DNA of 64,000 bases from Candidatus Aenigmatarchaeota archaeon (GCA_038997165.1 JAWBAK010000001.1:472917-536916); one strand, 5' to 3'; counted from the stretch's first letter, positions 44,540 through 55,397 are shown. Notes: a model not told the origin generated them from the sequence alone. Made by a program: numbers and translations.

Positions 44540-46585
44540 TTAAATTTTTCCAACAAATCCGGGTTTATGGGAAATTAATTCTCCACCTAACTTCATTTTA
44601 TTTAGAATTTCTTCAACATCTTCAACCCCTTGTTCTTTTGCTCTTTTTATTATTTCTTCTTCAGGTATTAAATTTCCGAAAACTTTTGATAGTTCATCGA
44701 TGATTTGTCTAACAGTTCTTATTTTACCTCTTTGAGATGTTGTAGTAACTCCTTCATATCTATCAATATCAATTGTTCCTAGATCTGGATCAAAACCAAA
44801 TTGTTTTAATGAATATTTCATTAATTTTATTGCTCTTTCTGCATCTTCAGCAATAACTTCATTACTTAATCTAACTTTTGCAGATGCTTGAGATAATCTT
44901 ATTAATGCTTCAAATTGTCTTAAAGTTATTGGGATTGCAGATGTTTCGCTATATTTTAATCTGCTTTCTAAAAAGAATTGTTTTATTTTATCTAATGCTT
45001 CTTTTGTCATTTTTGGAAAAATGTTTTTTCTTGCATAAGCAATGTATTTTTTTAATAGTGTTGGAGGAATAACTTCTTTAAATTTTTCTTCTTTTTTAAA
45101 AAATCTAGTTTCCTCTATGTACTCTAAAATTTTCTCATCTCTTTCTTTATTTGGAATATCTTTTAATGCAAATTTTAAATCAAATCTACTTAATAGAGTT
45201 TCTGGTATTTCAATTTGTTCTCTTAAAGGAATATAAGGATCAAATCTTCCATATTTTGGATTTCCAGCAGCTAATATACTTGTTTTAGCTGGTAATGTAG
45301 CAACAATACTTGCTTTTGCAATAGAAGAAGATCCTTGTTCCATAGCTTCATGTAAAGCAATTAAATCATCTTTTCTTACTTTTTCAAATTCATCAATACA
45401 TACAATACTTTTGTTTGCCATTACTACTGCTCCGGCTTCTAATACCCATCCACCTAAAAATTCTTCATCTCTAGTTACAGTAGCTATTAATCCAGCTGCA
45501 GTAGCTCCACTACCGCTAACATATTTAGCTCTTGGCATTATATTTGCTACATATTTTAATAATTGAGATTTAGCTGTGGAAGGTTCTCCGATTAATAATA
45601 TATGAATTTCTCCTCTTATTCTTGTTCCATCTGGCATTATTTCTTCGTTTCCTCCGAACATTTGTAATAAAATTGCCTCTTTTATCTCTTCTAATCCGTA
45701 TATTGTTGGAGCAATCGAATTAATTAATTTTTGATACAAATTTGGATCTCTTGATAATTCAATAATTTTTTTTTCATCTTCTTCGCTTATTTCTATATCT
45801 TCCCATTCAGTTTCTAAAGTTTCAAAATTTAGTGCATCTATAAAAATTTCCATAGTTCTTCCATAGTTTTTTCTTAATTTTCTTTGAATGCTTTTTAAAA
45901 TTCCAACAACTCTTATTCTATTTCCTGGATCTGTTTTTATTCTTAATTTTGGTTCTACTAAATCTTCTTTTAAATAAACCATTATATTGCTAGGTCTTTC
46001 TCCGCTAAGAATTTCATATGGTTCTTCTATTACAATCCATCTAGCATCGTATAATTTTTCTCCGATTATATCAAAAGTTCTAGAATTACAATATGGACAT
46101 TTTATTGGTTTTTTTAAACTTCTTTCTGTTTGAATTTGCGTAATTAATCTTTTGCATTCTATACAAACAAAGATTGCTTCATATATTTCTGGTCTAACTT
46201 CACTAGCTCTTTTTACAATTCCATCAACAACTACTAATTTTCCTAAATGTTCACTCCTTAAATTTCCTATTCTTTTTTCTAAATATTTTGGAAAATTAAA
46301 AAACCTAATCCTAACTTTATCTTTAAGACTTGGCTCTAAATCATATAATGTTTCTTCAAAAATTTTTAAAATTTCTTCTGGATTTTCAATAAATTTTTCA
46401 GCTAATGAAATATCGAATTGCTCTAATAAAGAAAAGTCAATTAATAACCTTCTTTCATCATTTAATAAAATTCTTCCAATTTCTTTTAAATAGTATTCTT
46501 CCAAAAAATTTGAAAAAAGATTTTTTATTTCTAATTTTTCTTCCTCTTCAATTTTAACTATTTGTCTTGTTTGTAAAACTAACAT
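44540..46585 (-). CDS. mcm: MCM replicative helicase
   Basis: C4 zinc finger, GEPSTAKSQ, LEAGA, CIDEF, AMEQ, LLSRFD; no intein. Confidence 0.96.
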   Translation of the reverse strand: MLVLQTRQIVKIEEEEKLEIKNLFSNFLEEYYLKEIGRILLNDERRLLIDFSLLEQFDISLAEKFIENPEEILKIFEETLYDLEPSLKDKVRIRFFNFPKYLEKRIGNLRSEHLGKLVVVDGIVKRASEVRPEIYEAIFVCIECKRLITQIQTERSLKKPIKCPYCNSRTFDIIGEKLYDARWIVIEEPYEILSGERPSNIMVYLKEDLVEPKLRIKTDPGNRIRVVGILKSIQRKLRKNYGRTMEIFIDALNFETLETEWEDIEISEEDEKKIIELSRDPNLYQKLINSIAPTIYGLEEIKEAILLQMFGGNEEIMPDGTRIRGEIHILLIGEPSTAKSQLLKYVANIMPRAKYVSGSGATAAGLIATVTRDEEFLGGWVLEAGAVVMANKSIVCIDEFEKVRKDDLIALHEAMEQGSSSIAKASIVATLPAKTSILAAGNPKYGRFDPYIPLREQIEIPETLLSRFDLKFALKDIPNKERDEKILEYIEETRFFKKEEKFKEVIPPTLLKKYIAYARKNIFPKMTKEALDKIKQFFLESRLKYSETSAIPITLRQFEALIRLSQASAKVRLSNEVIAEDAERAIKLMKYSLKQFGFDPDLGTIDIDRYEGVTTTSQRGKIRTVRQIIDELSKVFGNLIPEEEIIKRAKEQGVEDVEEILNKMKLGGELISHKPGFVGKI

Positions 46586-46627
46586 TAAATAATTAGGAAA
46601 GAGATATTATAAAGATTTATATTATTT

Positions 46628-47173
46628 TTAATATGGTTCAAAACATTTCGAACTTTTTATTTTTTTAATCAAGTTTTCTAATTCTTTTTTTACCTCTTCA
46701 ACTTTTTTTCCACCTGTGCAAATTATTTTTCCACTTTTAAATATTAAGAATACTAATTTTGGTTCAGTTTTTCTATAAACTAATCCAGGAAATTGTTCTG
46801 GCTCAAATTCTGCTTCTTCTAATTCATATGCTAAACAATTTAAATCTATTTCCCCTTCTAATTTTACCGAAGCAACAATATTTTCAACACTTTTCTCTGC
46901 CTTAGAAACATCTACTCCAACATTTTTTAATCTTTCTAACATAATTTTTAATGCTTTTTCAACATCTTCCATTCTTCTGTTTCCAGTACAAATTATTTTT
47001 CCACTTTCAAAAATTAAAAATGAACATTTTGGATCTTGTAATTTATAAACTAATCCAGGAAATTGTTCCGGCTCGAATTCTATATCTAAGTATTTCTTTA
47101 ATAATTTATCAATTGGAAGTTTTTGATCAAATGTTAGTGAAACAACAATATTTTCAATAGTTATCTCTTCCAT
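46628..47173 (-). CDS. tbp: TATA-box binding protein
   Basis: Two ENIV.S...FEPEQFPGLVY...LIF.SGKIICTG repeats. Confidence 0.97.
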   Translation of the reverse strand: MEEITIENIVVSLTFDQKLPIDKLLKKYLDIEFEPEQFPGLVYKLQDPKCSFLIFESGKIICTGNRRMEDVEKALKIMLERLKNVGVDVSKAEKSVENIVASVKLEGEIDLNCLAYELEEAEFEPEQFPGLVYRKTEPKLVFLIFKSGKIICTGGKKVEEVKKELENLIKKIKSSKCFEPY

Positions 47174-47188
47174 TTAATATATAAAATA

Positions 47189-47596
47189 TTAAAAATATAA
47201 ATTTTCAAATTCATTCAAAAATGTATTTAAATAATCAATTGATAAAACAAAAATATCCTCTTCCTTTATTGGTTGAAACGTAGCATTTAAAAAAATCATT
47301 AATCCAAATATTTTTTTATTTACTTGATATTTTTTATATTCTCTAAACTTTTCTTTAAATTTTTCAATTTCTTTTTTCACATTTTTAAAATTTGAATATT
47401 CTTTCTTCCATTTTTTACATTCTATTAATAGTATTTTATTTTGCTTTTTTGCAATTAGATCAAATTCTTTATAATTTAGAAATTTTATTCTTACATTTTT
47501 ACTAATTTTATAATTAAATTTTTCAAAAACTTCTGCAATAAAATTTTCAAAATATTTCCAATCTCTTTCTTCTAAAAATTTCTTTAAACTTTCCAT
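47189..47596 (-). CDS. Mrr-like PD-(D/E)XK restriction endonuclease domain protein
   Basis: W..FE.FIAE.F, EFDLIA, IECKKW. Confidence 0.8.
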   Translation of the reverse strand: MESLKKFLEERDWKYFENFIAEVFEKFNYKISKNVRIKFLNYKEFDLIAKKQNKILLIECKKWKKEYSNFKNVKKEIEKFKEKFREYKKYQVNKKIFGLMIFLNATFQPIKEEDIFVLSIDYLNTFLNEFENLYF

Positions 47597-47605
47597 AATA
47601 TAATA

Positions 47606-48259
47606 ATGATAATTGCTGGAATAGATGAGAATGGTAGAGGTTGTATTATTGGACCGTTAGTAATTACTGCTTATTTTATTGATGAAGAAAAAATTAATGA
47701 GTTAGAAAAAATTGGCGTTAAGGATTCAAAAAAGTTAAGTGAATATAAAAGAGAAAAAATATTTGAAAAATTAATTGAAATAGGAAGTTATATTCAAGAG
47801 ATAATTTCTGCAAAAGATTTAAATTATCTTATGTTAAAAAAGAAGATGAATTTAAATGAAATAGAGTTATTAGGAATTTCAAAGTTGATAAATAAATCTA
47901 ATGCAAAAATTTACTTTATTGATGCACCATTCAATCCCAAAAAGTTTAAAGAAAAATTAATGTTACTTTTAAAAAAAGATGTTGAAATAGTTGCTGATCA
48001 TAAAATGGATGAAAAAAATTTAGTAGTAGCCGCTGCAAGTATAATTGGAAAAGTTGTTAGAGATAGGGAAATCGAAAAAATAAAAAGAGAAATAAATTTT
48101 GATTTTGGGAGCGGATATGTAAGTGATGAAAAAACAAGAAATTTTCTCGAGAAAGTTTTTAGAGAAAGAAAAGATTATGATTTTATAAGAAAAGCTTGGA
48201 TAACTTATGAAGAAGAAAGTAAAAAAATAAAATTAAAAAAGATTATAGATTTTATATGA
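47606..48259 (+). CDS. rnhB: Ribonuclease HII
   Basis: GIDENGRGCIIGPL, VKDSKKL, AAASIIGKV.RD, GSGY.SD. Confidence 0.95.
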   Translation: MIIAGIDENGRGCIIGPLVITAYFIDEEKINELEKIGVKDSKKLSEYKREKIFEKLIEIGSYIQEIISAKDLNYLMLKKKMNLNEIELLGISKLINKSNAKIYFIDAPFNPKKFKEKLMLLLKKDVEIVADHKMDEKNLVVAAASIIGKVVRDREIEKIKREINFDFGSGYVSDEKTRNFLEKVFRERKDYDFIRKAWITYEEESKKIKLKKIIDFI

Positions 48260-48516
48260 AAAAAATCAAAAGTTTGTATATTTTTGAGAAAAATAAGGAA
48301 AAAATCTTATTTATAATTTTAGGTATATTAAATTCTTTTATAACTTTTAAGTTTTATTATTTTGATTTAATTGGTTTGTCAATTCCAATATTAATTTTTT
48401 TAATTTTTTCTTATTTTCTAGGCAAAGAAAAAAACTTTTTTAAAATTATTGAAAGATATGCTTTGATATATTTTTTTTCCTGGATTTTAGCTCTTACAAT
48501 TTTAATTAATATATAA
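48256..48516 (+). CDS. Small 3-TM membrane protein, possible EMC6-like
   Basis: Size, topology and position directly after rnhB. Confidence 0.45.
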   Translation: MKKIKSLYIFEKNKEKILFIILGILNSFITFKFYYFDLIGLSIPILIFLIFSYFLGKEKNFFKIIERYALIYFFSWILALTILINI

Positions 48517-48523
48517 TTTTATT

Positions 48524-49069
48524 TTAAAGCAGTACATTTCCTACAATTAATTTATATTCATCTTTATCATCTAATTCTTCTTTTATTCTTTCTTTAATCA
48601 TTTTTTCTGGACTCATTAAAAATTTAATTCTATTTTTTAAATCTTCAAAACTTTCAAATGGCTTAATTTTTCTTTCTCTTAAAATATCTTCTAAATGTTT
48701 CTTTCCTATTCCTCTGAATAATTCAAGTGCATGCATTTTTGGAGTTAATGGACCCGCTATATTAAAAATTTTTATTAATCTTTTTTCATTTTGTTTTATT
48801 AAATTATCTAATACTTCATCTAAAACTGATTGGGCAATTGGCGATAATTCACTTAACTTTATTTTTCTTATAATTCTTTGTGCTTTATCTCTCAATCCAC
48901 TTCCAATATAAATTTTTTCATTTACTTCTACTTTTACATTTGGTTTTAAACTTACTTCTAATAAATTAAAATATTTATCGCCAATACCATGTACAATAGG
49001 AATCTTTAAAGCGCTTCCTGGTTTTCCTGTTGGAAAATAATCTAATACAATAATGTATTCGTCTTTCAT
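48524..49069 (-). CDS. DUF655 family nucleic-acid-binding protein
   Basis: VLDY, G..YF.LLE, HALEL..GIGKK, PFESFEDL; in L21e-rpoF-DUF655 cluster. Confidence 0.9.
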   Translation of the reverse strand: MKDEYIIVLDYFPTGKPGSALKIPIVHGIGDKYFNLLEVSLKPNVKVEVNEKIYIGSGLRDKAQRIIRKIKLSELSPIAQSVLDEVLDNLIKQNEKRLIKIFNIAGPLTPKMHALELFRGIGKKHLEDILRERKIKPFESFEDLKNRIKFLMSPEKMIKERIKEELDDKDEYKLIVGNVLL

Positions 49070-49081
49070 TATTTAAAAATT

Positions 49082-49396
49082 TTATATTTTATTTACAATT
49101 TCTATTATTTTTTTCTGTTTTTCTTCATCAAAAAACTTTATGCTTTTTCCAAAAAGTATATTTAAATCTTCAATACTTTCTGGTAAATAGTCCAATATCA
49201 TTACTATTTCATTCTCTTTTAATCCCAAGTTTTTCAGTTCTTTTTTTATTTTTTCAATCTCTTCTATTTTTATTTCTTTCTTTATAGAATTTTTTATATT
49301 TTCAACTATAGAATTAATTGAACTATTTGTAGTTTCTCCTCTAATAATTTCTAATGCTTCATACTTTGTAATATATTTTTCTTCTAAAATTTCCAT
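49082..49396 (-). CDS. rpoF: RNA polymerase subunit F (Rpo4)
   Basis: EEKYIT..EA, ILD.LP...EDL; position between L21e and DUF655. Confidence 0.8.
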   Translation of the reverse strand: MEILEEKYITKYEALEIIRGETTNSSINSIVENIKNSIKKEIKIEEIEKIKKELKNLGLKENEIVMILDYLPESIEDLNILFGKSIKFFDEEKQKKIIEIVNKI

Positions 49397-49407
49397 AAAA
49401 ATTATTT

Positions 49408-49677
49408 TTAAGTTAATCTTCTTAAATGTTGTGGTAATGCAATTATTATTTTTTCCTTAAATTTATCTTTTACTTTAACTAAATAGGCATTTCCTCTTTT
49501 TTCTATAATACTTCCTATTTTTCCTTGAAATCTATGATGTGGCATTCCATTTTGAGATGATGGATCAATATCAATAATAACCTTTTCGCCTATTTTAAAC
49601 TCTTGAAAAAATCTAGATATACCTTTTCTATGATGTCCAATTTTTAATTTTTTTCTAGATTTACCTCCCTTTGCCAT
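49408..49677 (-). CDS. rpl21e: 50S ribosomal protein eL21
   Basis: IDPS.Q.GMPHHRFQGK.G...RG.AY...PQHL. Confidence 0.95.
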   Translation of the reverse strand: MAKGGKSRKKLKIGHHRKGISRFFQEFKIGEKVIIDIDPSSQNGMPHHRFQGKIGSIIEKRGNAYLVKVKDKFKEKIIIALPQHLRRLT

Positions 49678-49704
49678 ATAATTTATTTTAAAAAATTTAA
49701 ATTT

Positions 49705-50199
49705 ATGAATGAAAAATTAAAGGCAAAAATAGAAGCAATACTGTTTGCTGCATCTAAACCTATTTCAATTCTTCAACTTTCAAAATTAATAAACGAAAGT
49801 GAAGAAAATGTGAAGAAATGTTTAGAAGAATTAATAAAAGAATATGAAAATTCGAATAGAGCAATAGAAATTGTTGAAACACCAGAAGGATTCGAGATGA
49901 GAATAAAAGCTGAATATAGAAGCGAAGCTTCTAAGGTTGCTGCATTTAGTGATTTGGGTTTAGGAACGCTAAAAACATTAGCATTAATAATTTATAAATA
50001 TCCAATAAAACAAAGCGATATTGTAAAAATTCAAGGAAATAGAGCATATGATTATATTCGAATTTTAGAGAAAAAAGGTCTAATAGTTTCTAGAAAAGTA
50101 GGAAATACAAAAATTTTAATACCAAGTCAAAATATTGAAAAATATTTTGGTATGAAGATAGAAGACATAAAAAAACAAATTGAAAAATATATTCAATGA
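49705..50199 (+). CDS. scpB: SMC-Scp complex subunit ScpB
   Basis: IEAILFA, LKTLALI.YK.PI.QS...G..AY..I..L...GL. Confidence 0.9.
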   Translation: MNEKLKAKIEAILFAASKPISILQLSKLINESEENVKKCLEELIKEYENSNRAIEIVETPEGFEMRIKAEYRSEASKVAAFSDLGLGTLKTLALIIYKYPIKQSDIVKIQGNRAYDYIRILEKKGLIVSRKVGNTKILIPSQNIEKYFGMKIEDIKKQIEKYIQ

Positions 50200-50915
50200 G
50201 AATTTTTTTAACTTTAAATCCATCAAAAGATGTTTATTCTCAAATTGAGTTAGCTAAAAAATTAGGATTTGATGGAGTTGAAATTGTATTAGAAGATGAT
50301 ATGAGAGAAGTTGTTGAAAAAGAAAAAGAAAAAATTAAAAATAAGTTAGAAAATTTAGGAATCTATGCTTCTTTTCATCTTCCGAATTGGCTTAATATTC
50401 TTAATAGAGATGATTTAAAAGAAATTTTTCATTTATATAAAATTGTTGAATATTTTAATTCTTTTGGTGTTTTACATATTTTTTCTGATGATGAAAAAAG
50501 TATTAAAAAATATAAAATAATTGAAAAAGAAATAAAAGATAAAAATCTATATTTTGAGAATTTATTTCAAAGAACTGAAATATTAGAAAATATTTTTGTT
50601 TTTAATTTAAAGTTTGTTATTGATATTTCTCATTTTTTAACTGCTAATCCTTTTCCTAAATTTAAAGAATTTTTACTAAAAAATAAAAATAAGATATTTC
50701 ATTTTCATTTTTCTGATATTAATGGAATTACTCATTCTCATTTACCTTTAGGAAAGGGCATTTTACCAATTAAAAAAATAATAGAAATTTTAGTAGAATA
50801 TTTTAATGATAGGTCAATTTCTTTTGAAATTTTTGAAACAGATATTCCTGAATTAGACTTTGAAATTTCTATTAAGATTTTTAAAAATATAATAGATAAA
50901 TATGGAAAAAAATGA
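50196..50915 (+). CDS. Sugar phosphate isomerase/epimerase family TIM-barrel protein
   Basis: LGFDGVEI, HLP, FEN, DISH, H.SD, HLPLG.G, E. Confidence 0.8.
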   Translation: MRIFLTLNPSKDVYSQIELAKKLGFDGVEIVLEDDMREVVEKEKEKIKNKLENLGIYASFHLPNWLNILNRDDLKEIFHLYKIVEYFNSFGVLHIFSDDEKSIKKYKIIEKEIKDKNLYFENLFQRTEILENIFVFNLKFVIDISHFLTANPFPKFKEFLLKNKNKIFHFHFSDINGITHSHLPLGKGILPIKKIIEILVEYFNDRSISFEIFETDIPELDFEISIKIFKNIIDKYGKK

Positions 50916-51609
50916 AATTGTAAAGTTTTTAGAAAGAGAATATAGCTTTGAAGTTTTTAAATCGATATATTCAAAATGTTTTGACTTTTTTATTAAAAAA
51001 GGAGAAACTTGTTTCTTTATAAAAATATATGAAAATTTAAACTCTTTGAATAAAAAAATTAATGAAGATTTAATAAATCTAGAAAGATTTTTAGATGCCA
51101 ATTCAATAATTATAAGTAATAGAACCTCTAGAGAATATTTAAAAGATTATATTTATATTAGGAAAAATATTAAAGTTTTTAATTTTAAAACCTTTATAAA
51201 TTATCTTAGAAACGATGAAATACCAATTTATAGATATGGAAAATTAGTAGCAAATATAGATTTTGAAAAAATGAAAGAAAAAAGAATAAAATTAGGTTAT
51301 TCTCTGTCAACTTTAGCTAAAAAATTAAGAGTTTCAAAAAAACATTTATTTGAAATAGAAATTGGAAGAACAAAACCATCTTATTTTTTAGCAAAAAAAA
51401 TTGAAAAAATATTAGAGGAGAAATTAATTATTAATTCTAATAAAAAACGATATAGTTGCGATGATAAAAAAGTTTTTAATTTTTCAAATTTTTGTTCTAT
51501 TAAAGGTATACGAGATGAAAACAAAAAATATGTTATTCCAAAAAATAATCCCAAAGCTTTAGAAGAAACTGAACAAATTGCAGAAATATTTAATTTGAAA
51601 ATAATATGA
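50902..51609 (+). CDS. HTH (Cro/C1) transcriptional regulator, COG1395-like
   Basis: CFDF...FIKI..N N-terminal domain plus R..LGYSL..LA..L.VS HTH. Confidence 0.75.
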   Translation: MEKNEIVKFLEREYSFEVFKSIYSKCFDFFIKKGETCFFIKIYENLNSLNKKINEDLINLERFLDANSIIISNRTSREYLKDYIYIRKNIKVFNFKTFINYLRNDEIPIYRYGKLVANIDFEKMKEKRIKLGYSLSTLAKKLRVSKKHLFEIEIGRTKPSYFLAKKIEKILEEKLIINSNKKRYSCDDKKVFNFSNFCSIKGIRDENKKYVIPKNNPKALEETEQIAEIFNLKII

Positions 51610-52826
51610 TTTTTAGAGGTTGGGTAGAGGATATAAAAGATGTCGGAAAAGTTAAGTTTATAATACTTCATACATCTAAGGAGGATTATCAAGTTACATG
51701 TAGAAAAGATTTGATGGAAAATTTTGAAGAAGTAGAAAAATTAACATTACAAAGTGCAATAGAAGTTGAAGGAGAGTTATTAGAAAAGGGCATATCGAAA
51801 AAATACAAAGAGATATTAGCAAAGAGAATTAAAATAGTTAGTTTAGCTCCAAATATTTTACCAATAGATCCAAGTGGAAAGGTTAATTATTCTCTAGACA
51901 AAAAACTTGATTGGAGATTTTTAGATTTTAGAAATCATAAAACTCTCTCAATAATTAAAATCCAAAATACAATTTTAAGATCCTTTAGAGATTTTTTTAG
52001 TAAAGAAGGATTTATTGAAATTCAACCACCAATAATTATTTCTTCTGCTAGCGAAGGTGGTGCAGATCTATTTAAAATTAATTATTTTGAAAAAGAAGCT
52101 TATCTAGCACAAAGTCCTCAATTATATAAGCAAATGGCAGCAATAAGTTTAGAAAAGGTTTTTTGTGTTGTACCAATTTTTAGAGCAGAGAAACATAATA
52201 CTTTATACCATCTAAACGAGGTTAGAAGTTTAGATATAGAGGTTGCATTTGCTAATCACGAAGATGTTATGAAATATTTAGAGAGATTTTTTGTTTATAC
52301 ATTAGAAAGAATTCAAAACGAAAATGAAAATGAATTAAAAGAATTAAATGTTAAGTTAAATATACCTCAATTACCATTAGATAGAATTAAATATGAAGAA
52401 GCGATACAAATTTTGAATTTAAATTTTGGAGACGAAATAAAAAGAGAACATGAAAAAATGCTATGCGAAAAAATTTCTGAAGCATTATTTATAACACATT
52501 TTCCAAAAGAGCACAGACCTTTTTATACTATGTTAAACGATGAAAACAAAAATATTACAAATTCCTTCGATTTTCTATATAAAGGTTTAGAATTAGCAAG
52601 TGGAGCACAAAGAATTCATATCCCAGAATTATTGGAAATGAGGTTAATTGAAAATAATTTAAATCCAAATAATTTTAAAGAATATATAGAAGCATTTAAA
52701 TATGGAGCTCCACCACATGCTGGATGGGCAATAGGATTAGAAAGATTTACAATGAAAGTTTGTAATTTAGAAAATATTAGAGAAGCTACGATGTGGCCAA
52801 GAGATAGATTTAGATTAAATCCTTAG
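51606..52826 (+). CDS. aspS: Aspartate--tRNA ligase (archaeal type)
   Basis: LDWRFLDFR, SEGGA, LAQSPQLYKQ, FRAE.H.T..HLNE, SGAQRIH, GLER, PRD. Confidence 0.93.
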   Translation: MIFRGWVEDIKDVGKVKFIILHTSKEDYQVTCRKDLMENFEEVEKLTLQSAIEVEGELLEKGISKKYKEILAKRIKIVSLAPNILPIDPSGKVNYSLDKKLDWRFLDFRNHKTLSIIKIQNTILRSFRDFFSKEGFIEIQPPIIISSASEGGADLFKINYFEKEAYLAQSPQLYKQMAAISLEKVFCVVPIFRAEKHNTLYHLNEVRSLDIEVAFANHEDVMKYLERFFVYTLERIQNENENELKELNVKLNIPQLPLDRIKYEEAIQILNLNFGDEIKREHEKMLCEKISEALFITHFPKEHRPFYTMLNDENKNITNSFDFLYKGLELASGAQRIHIPELLEMRLIENNLNPNNFKEYIEAFKYGAPPHAGWAIGLERFTMKVCNLENIREATMWPRDRFRLNP

Positions 52827-52844
52827 CTTTTTATTTTTTAAAAG

Positions 52845-53240
52845 CTAAATTATATTTATTACTTTTATATTATGTTTTTTAAGTTCATTTATTATAAATT
52901 TCCTATGACATTTCCAATAAAATTTTTCAGCACACATTATACAAATATTTTTATCTTTAGAAAATTCTAAAAGTTTTTTAAATCCATCTTTAAATTCATA
53001 AGTTTTAATATATTTTTCATAACCTTCTTTTCTAAAACCACCAAGATTTTCTAAATGAACATATTTAATATTATTTTTGTTTAAAACATCTTCTAAAACT
53101 TCCTTATTAAACCAAGGAAACTTTTTACTTTTTGGAAATCTTCTAACATCTATCAATATTTCAATGTTATATTTTTTAAGTAAATTTAAAAAATCTTCCA
53201 ATTTTCTATTGCTATGACCTATTGTATAAATTTTTTTCAT
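52845..53240 (-). CDS. DUF488 family protein
   Basis: IYTIGHSNR, DVRRFP.S, LGG.R, MCAE....CHR. Confidence 0.9.
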   Translation of the reverse strand: MKKIYTIGHSNRKLEDFLNLLKKYNIEILIDVRRFPKSKKFPWFNKEVLEDVLNKNNIKYVHLENLGGFRKEGYEKYIKTYEFKDGFKKLLEFSKDKNICIMCAEKFYWKCHRKFIINELKKHNIKVINII

Positions 53241-53265
53241 AAATAAATTCTTTTTACTAAGTATT

Positions 53266-53592
53266 ATGGAAATAAGCTTTGAAGAGTTTAAAAAAATAGA
53301 AATGAAAATAGGAAAAGTAATAGATGTACAAGATATACCAAATTCTAGGAACTTAATAAAGCTTATAGTAGATTTTGGTAATGAAAAAAGACAAGCAATA
53401 GCTGGATTAAAGAATTATTTCAAAAAAGAAGATTTAGTAGGAAAAAAATTTGTTTTTGTAACTAATTTGGAAAAAAAGAAATTTATGGGGGAAATTAGTG
53501 AATGTATGATTTTAGCTGCCGAAGATGAAAATAAAAATCTTTCTCTAATAATTCCTGAAAAAGATATAAAGGAGGGAAGTATAGTAAGATAG
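53266..53592 (+). CDS. tRNA-binding OB-fold protein (Trbp111/CsaA/MetRS C-terminal like)
   Basis: ISFEEF, VDFG.E.RQ..AGL, NL...FMG..SE.MILAA. Confidence 0.9.
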   Translation: MEISFEEFKKIEMKIGKVIDVQDIPNSRNLIKLIVDFGNEKRQAIAGLKNYFKKEDLVGKKFVFVTNLEKKKFMGEISECMILAAEDENKNLSLIIPEKDIKEGSIVR

Positions 53593-53593
53593 A

Positions 53594-53884
53594 ATGAAAG
53601 TTTTAATATTAGAAAAAATTAAGTTAGAGAAAGTCGAAGAAATTTTAAAGAAAAACGAAAAATTATCTATACTTTCAATTTACTTTAGAGAACTAAAAGA
53701 CATAGAGCTTAAAGATAAATTTGCTTTAATTTTGGACGGTCCAGAAGAATATATAAAAATTGCAACAGAATTAATTCGAGAATTTACAGAAATTCCTAAT
53801 GAAGAATTGGAAGAAAAAATAATCAAAAAATTTAAAGAAGAAAACTTAAAAGCTAGTGAAGGTTTAGGATTTTTATTTTCATAG
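53594..53884 (+). CDS. Hypothetical protein
   Basis: Intact ORF with genome-like codon use; ends KASEGLGFLFS. Confidence 0.6.
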   Translation: MKVLILEKIKLEKVEEILKKNEKLSILSIYFRELKDIELKDKFALILDGPEEYIKIATELIREFTEIPNEELEEKIIKKFKEENLKASEGLGFLFS

Positions 53885-54053
53885 AGCAATTTTTGTTTGA
53901 AAAACTTTTCCTCACATTTTTTATCTCATTATGATTATTTTTTTCAAAATAATAATTAGAAATGTTTTGTACGTTTATATTCTTGTTTAAAATTTTCGTT
54001 TCTGTTTTTATTTCTCTTTTAAGAATTAAATATTAAAACAATAATATTAGTAT

Positions 54054-54128
54054 GCCCCGGTAGCTCAGCAAGGATAGAGCGGCGGCCTTCTAAGCCGTAG
54101 GTCGCGGGTTCAAATCCCGCCCGGGGCA
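54054..54128 (+). tRNA. tRNA-Arg(TCT)
   Basis: GCCCCGG/CCGGGGC, GCGGC-CT-TCT-AA-GCCGT, TTCAAAT. Confidence 0.95.
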
Positions 54129-54501
54129 TCCTAATTTCTTCAAAGCCCATCTATGGAGTATGAAAAAATTAAAGAGAAAAATAATAGAAATTTAGTTTAC
54201 TAAGTTTTTTATGCTTTATCTTTGAATAGTTTTTGAATAATAAGACACCTTCTAATATCACACTATCATAAACTTCTTTTTTGGTTTTTTAGGCACTAAC
54301 TCAACTTTTATTATATATCCATATATCTATCTTCTATTCAGAACTTTGTTCTTTTACCAATATAAATATCTCTTATACGCATCGTACCTCTTATTTTCTA
54401 TACTTTTTAGCAAATAAAAAATAACAATTAAAATAACTATAAATAAACTAGCATAAAAGGACTCAATAGAGATTAGATGTTTTATTCCCCATATTTTGTT
54501 T

Positions 54502-55368
54502 TTAATAAATCAACTTTAATTTGCAAAATCCGCAAATTTTTTGACTTGTTGGTTCTCCACAAATTTCACATTCTATATACTTTTCTTTTTTAGTTTCTAT
54601 AATTTTCTCGATTTTTTTATTAAACCTTATAATTCCTCTTATAAGTTCTAAATTAAAATTATTAAAATTCTTATCTGAAAACTCTAAAATTTGAAAGATT
54701 TTATAATCTTCTTTTCTATTTAAATAACAACAAAAATTTGGAGAGTATGGACAGCTAATTTTCGTTATTGGTATACTTTTATATTCACAATACATTTTGT
54801 TTTCGTGTGGGTAAGCAAATATTAATGGTCTAATTTTTATTAGCTGTTTAGGATGTTCACTTTTTAACTTTGGTAAAATTTTTAGATTCCAATCAAAATT
54901 TCCATGCATTAAATTCTTATAATAATTTATTAGCATGTCATACATATGATGCCCTGTAGCTATTTTTGTAGCTCCTAATTCTCTAGGAATTTTATTCATT
55001 AAGTATCTTTTTATTAATCCGCAAATAGAACAAATTGGTCTTTTTAGTATTTTTGAAATTTCCAAAATATCTAAATTAAATTCTTTTTTTACATTAGTTA
55101 TGTAAAGTTCTACACCTAAAAAATTACATATTTTTTCTACTTCTTCTTCCAATCTATCTGAATATCCAAAACCTAAATTAATATGGTAAGCAAAAACTTT
55201 AGCATTTAAATTCTTTTCTTCAATATACTCTTTTATTAAAGATAGAGCAGCTGAGCTATCTTTTCCTCCACTTATAGCAACAAATATTCTATCTTTATTT
55301 TCTACAAGTTTATATTTTTCAATAGTTTTAAAAACTTTTTTTCTATATTTTTCAATTTCCTTATTCAT
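54502..55368 (-). CDS. PP-loop tRNA 2-thiolation protein, TtuA/NcsA/TtcA family
   Basis: SGGKDS, CSICG..KR, ATGH, IRPL, CPY, C-terminal CEICG...C.FC. Confidence 0.85.
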   Translation of the reverse strand: MNKEIEKYRKKVFKTIEKYKLVENKDRIFVAISGGKDSSAALSLIKEYIEEKNLNAKVFAYHINLGFGYSDRLEEEVEKICNFLGVELYITNVKKEFNLDILEISKILKRPICSICGLIKRYLMNKIPRELGATKIATGHHMYDMLINYYKNLMHGNFDWNLKILPKLKSEHPKQLIKIRPLIFAYPHENKMYCEYKSIPITKISCPYSPNFCCYLNRKEDYKIFQILEFSDKNFNNFNLELIRGIIRFNKKIEKIIETKKEKYIECEICGEPTSQKICGFCKLKLIY

Positions 55369-55397
55369 AATTTATCAAATTTAAATATATAGTTTTT

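Noticed and set aside
46718..47080. Direct repeats within tbp
   Set aside because: Expected from the known two-fold internal symmetry of TBP
54168..54492. Broken minus-strand coding-like fragments downstream of tRNA-Arg
   Set aside because: Possibly a gene remnant, but no recognisable family and no tRNA 3'-end duplication marking an att site
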